IMG/VR virus record: IMGVR_UViG_3300032225_000356
Span: 1-36,450 of that record
Reading direction: 5' to 3' (one strand)
Source: a virus
Lineage: Duplodnaviria > Caudoviricetes
DNA length: 36,450 nt
Below are positions 35,507 through 36,450 of the stretch, one piece after another. The notes under the pieces were generated by a model. The model searched no databases. It saw only the letters and a list, made by a program, of their open reading frames with translations, and was not told where the DNA came from. Position 1 is the stretch's first letter; every line of letters starts with the position of its first letter. A program made the translations under genes and the position numbers.

Positions 35507-36450
35507 ATGAATTATGATTTGCGCAACGGTGACTGTATTGACATTATGCGAACCTTGCCAGATAACAGCGTTGATTCAATAGTTACAGACCCACCTTATG
35601 AACTCGGCTTCATGGGTAAGTCGTGGGATTCAACTGGCATTGCGTACAGCGTAAAAATGTGGGATGAAGTTTTAAGGGTTTTGAAGCCAGGTGGACACCT
35701 ACTTGCCTTTAGCGGCTCTCGCACCTATCACCGCATGGTTGTCGCTATCGAAGATGCAGGGTTTGAAATTCGTGATCAGATCATGTGGGTCTATGGTTCA
35801 GGGTTTCCAAAATCGCTAGACGTAAGCAAAGCGATAGACAAACAAGCACGCGTTGAGCGCGAAGTCGTTAGTTCATTTCAAAGGTCGGGGCGAAGTGGCG
35901 GAATTCTTGGCAAAGAATCCGAGATAACAAGAAACATAACCGCGCCAGCAACAGACAAAGCAATTCAATGGCAAGGCTGGGGAACAGCACTAAAGCCAGC
36001 GCATGAGCCGATTGTTGTTGCCCGTAAGCCGTTGGCAGAAAAGACCGTTGCCGCGAATGTGTTGGCATACGGAACAGGCGCGTTGAACATTGACAGGTCA
36101 CGGGTTACAACTGATGACAATTTAGGACGCGAGGTTTATCAAACTCAAAGTTGGAAAAATACAAGTACCGCTGGTGTGGGCAGCGTTAATGATGATTGGA
36201 AAATGGGTCGCTGGCCAGCCAATGTCATTCACGATGGCTCGGATGAAGTTGTGGAGTTATTTCCTAACACCAATGGTCGTGTAGGAAATACGCAGTATGG
36301 AAGTGGCACAAATACTATTTACGGAACATTTAGCACAGAATCAAATCCAAATGGTTCAAACGGTGTTTCTGACTCAGGCTCCGCCGCTCGTTTCTTCTAT
36401 TGCGCCAAAGCCAGCAAGCGTGATCGCAATGAGGGGTTGGATGGGTTTGA
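35507..36450 (+). CDS. DNA methyltransferase (beta class), 5' part; full gene about 422 aa, ending at 448
   Basis: MNYDLRNGDC...VTDPPY (motif IV), LKPGG, GSGFPKS and RWPAN; open to the window end; missing from the ORF track. Confidence 0.93.
   Translation, partial: MNYDLRNGDCIDIMRTLPDNSVDSIVTDPPYELGFMGKSWDSTGIAYSVKMWDEVLRVLKPGGHLLAFSGSRTYHRMVVAIEDAGFEIRDQIMWVYGSGFPKSLDVSKAIDKQARVEREVVSSFQRSGRSGGILGKESEITRNITAPATDKAIQWQGWGTALKPAHEPIVVARKPLAEKTVAANVLAYGTGALNIDRSRVTTDDNLGREVYQTQSWKNTSTAGVGSVNDDWKMGRWPANVIHDGSDEVVELFPNTNGRVGNTQYGSGTNTIYGTFSTESNPNGSNGVSDSGSAARFFYCAKASKRDRNEGLDGF
36328..36450. repeat. Terminal direct repeat, copy 2
   Basis: Identical to 1-123. Confidence 0.95.

Noticed and set aside
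36328-36450. Biological terminal repeat
   Set aside because: It falls mid-gene in the MTase and is most simply an assembler overlap of a circular or permuted genome.
1-36450. Alternative genetic code or tRNA genes
   Set aside because: The standard code gives dense, intact genes ending in TAA, TAG and TGA, and I saw no cloverleaf or T-loop motif in the intergenic gaps.

Overview
The window is an apparently complete, circular tailed-phage genome with a siphovirus layout. Bases 1-123 are identical to 36328-36450, so the unique length is about 36,327 bp, and one DNA methyltransferase gene runs across the join. Two whiB genes, an Lsr2-type DNA-binding domain, an r1t-type holin and leaderless promoters point to an actinobacterial host; a low-GC freshwater lineage such as Nanopelagicales is plausible but inferred. 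Gene order: small-gene cassette, terS/terL, portal, MuF-zincin, head-module fibre genes, protease/scaffold, capsid, neck, tail, lysis, phosphoesterase, a leftward operon with WhiB, Sak/Cas4-like recombination genes, a second WhiB, a second small-gene cassette, resolvase, HNH, SSB, Lsr2-like gene and MTase. I recognised no integrase, repressor, polymerase, primase, helicase, tRNA or CRISPR array. Best leads: (1) a candidate -1 ribosomal frameshift fusing the portal to the MuF-metallopeptidase; (2) a tandem hairpin+pseudoknot RNA element upstream of the MTase; (3) small-gene cassettes that share a promoter/leader-hairpin header and a GGTGCRTAATG gene-junction motif. All functional calls come from motif recognition by eye, with no database searches.
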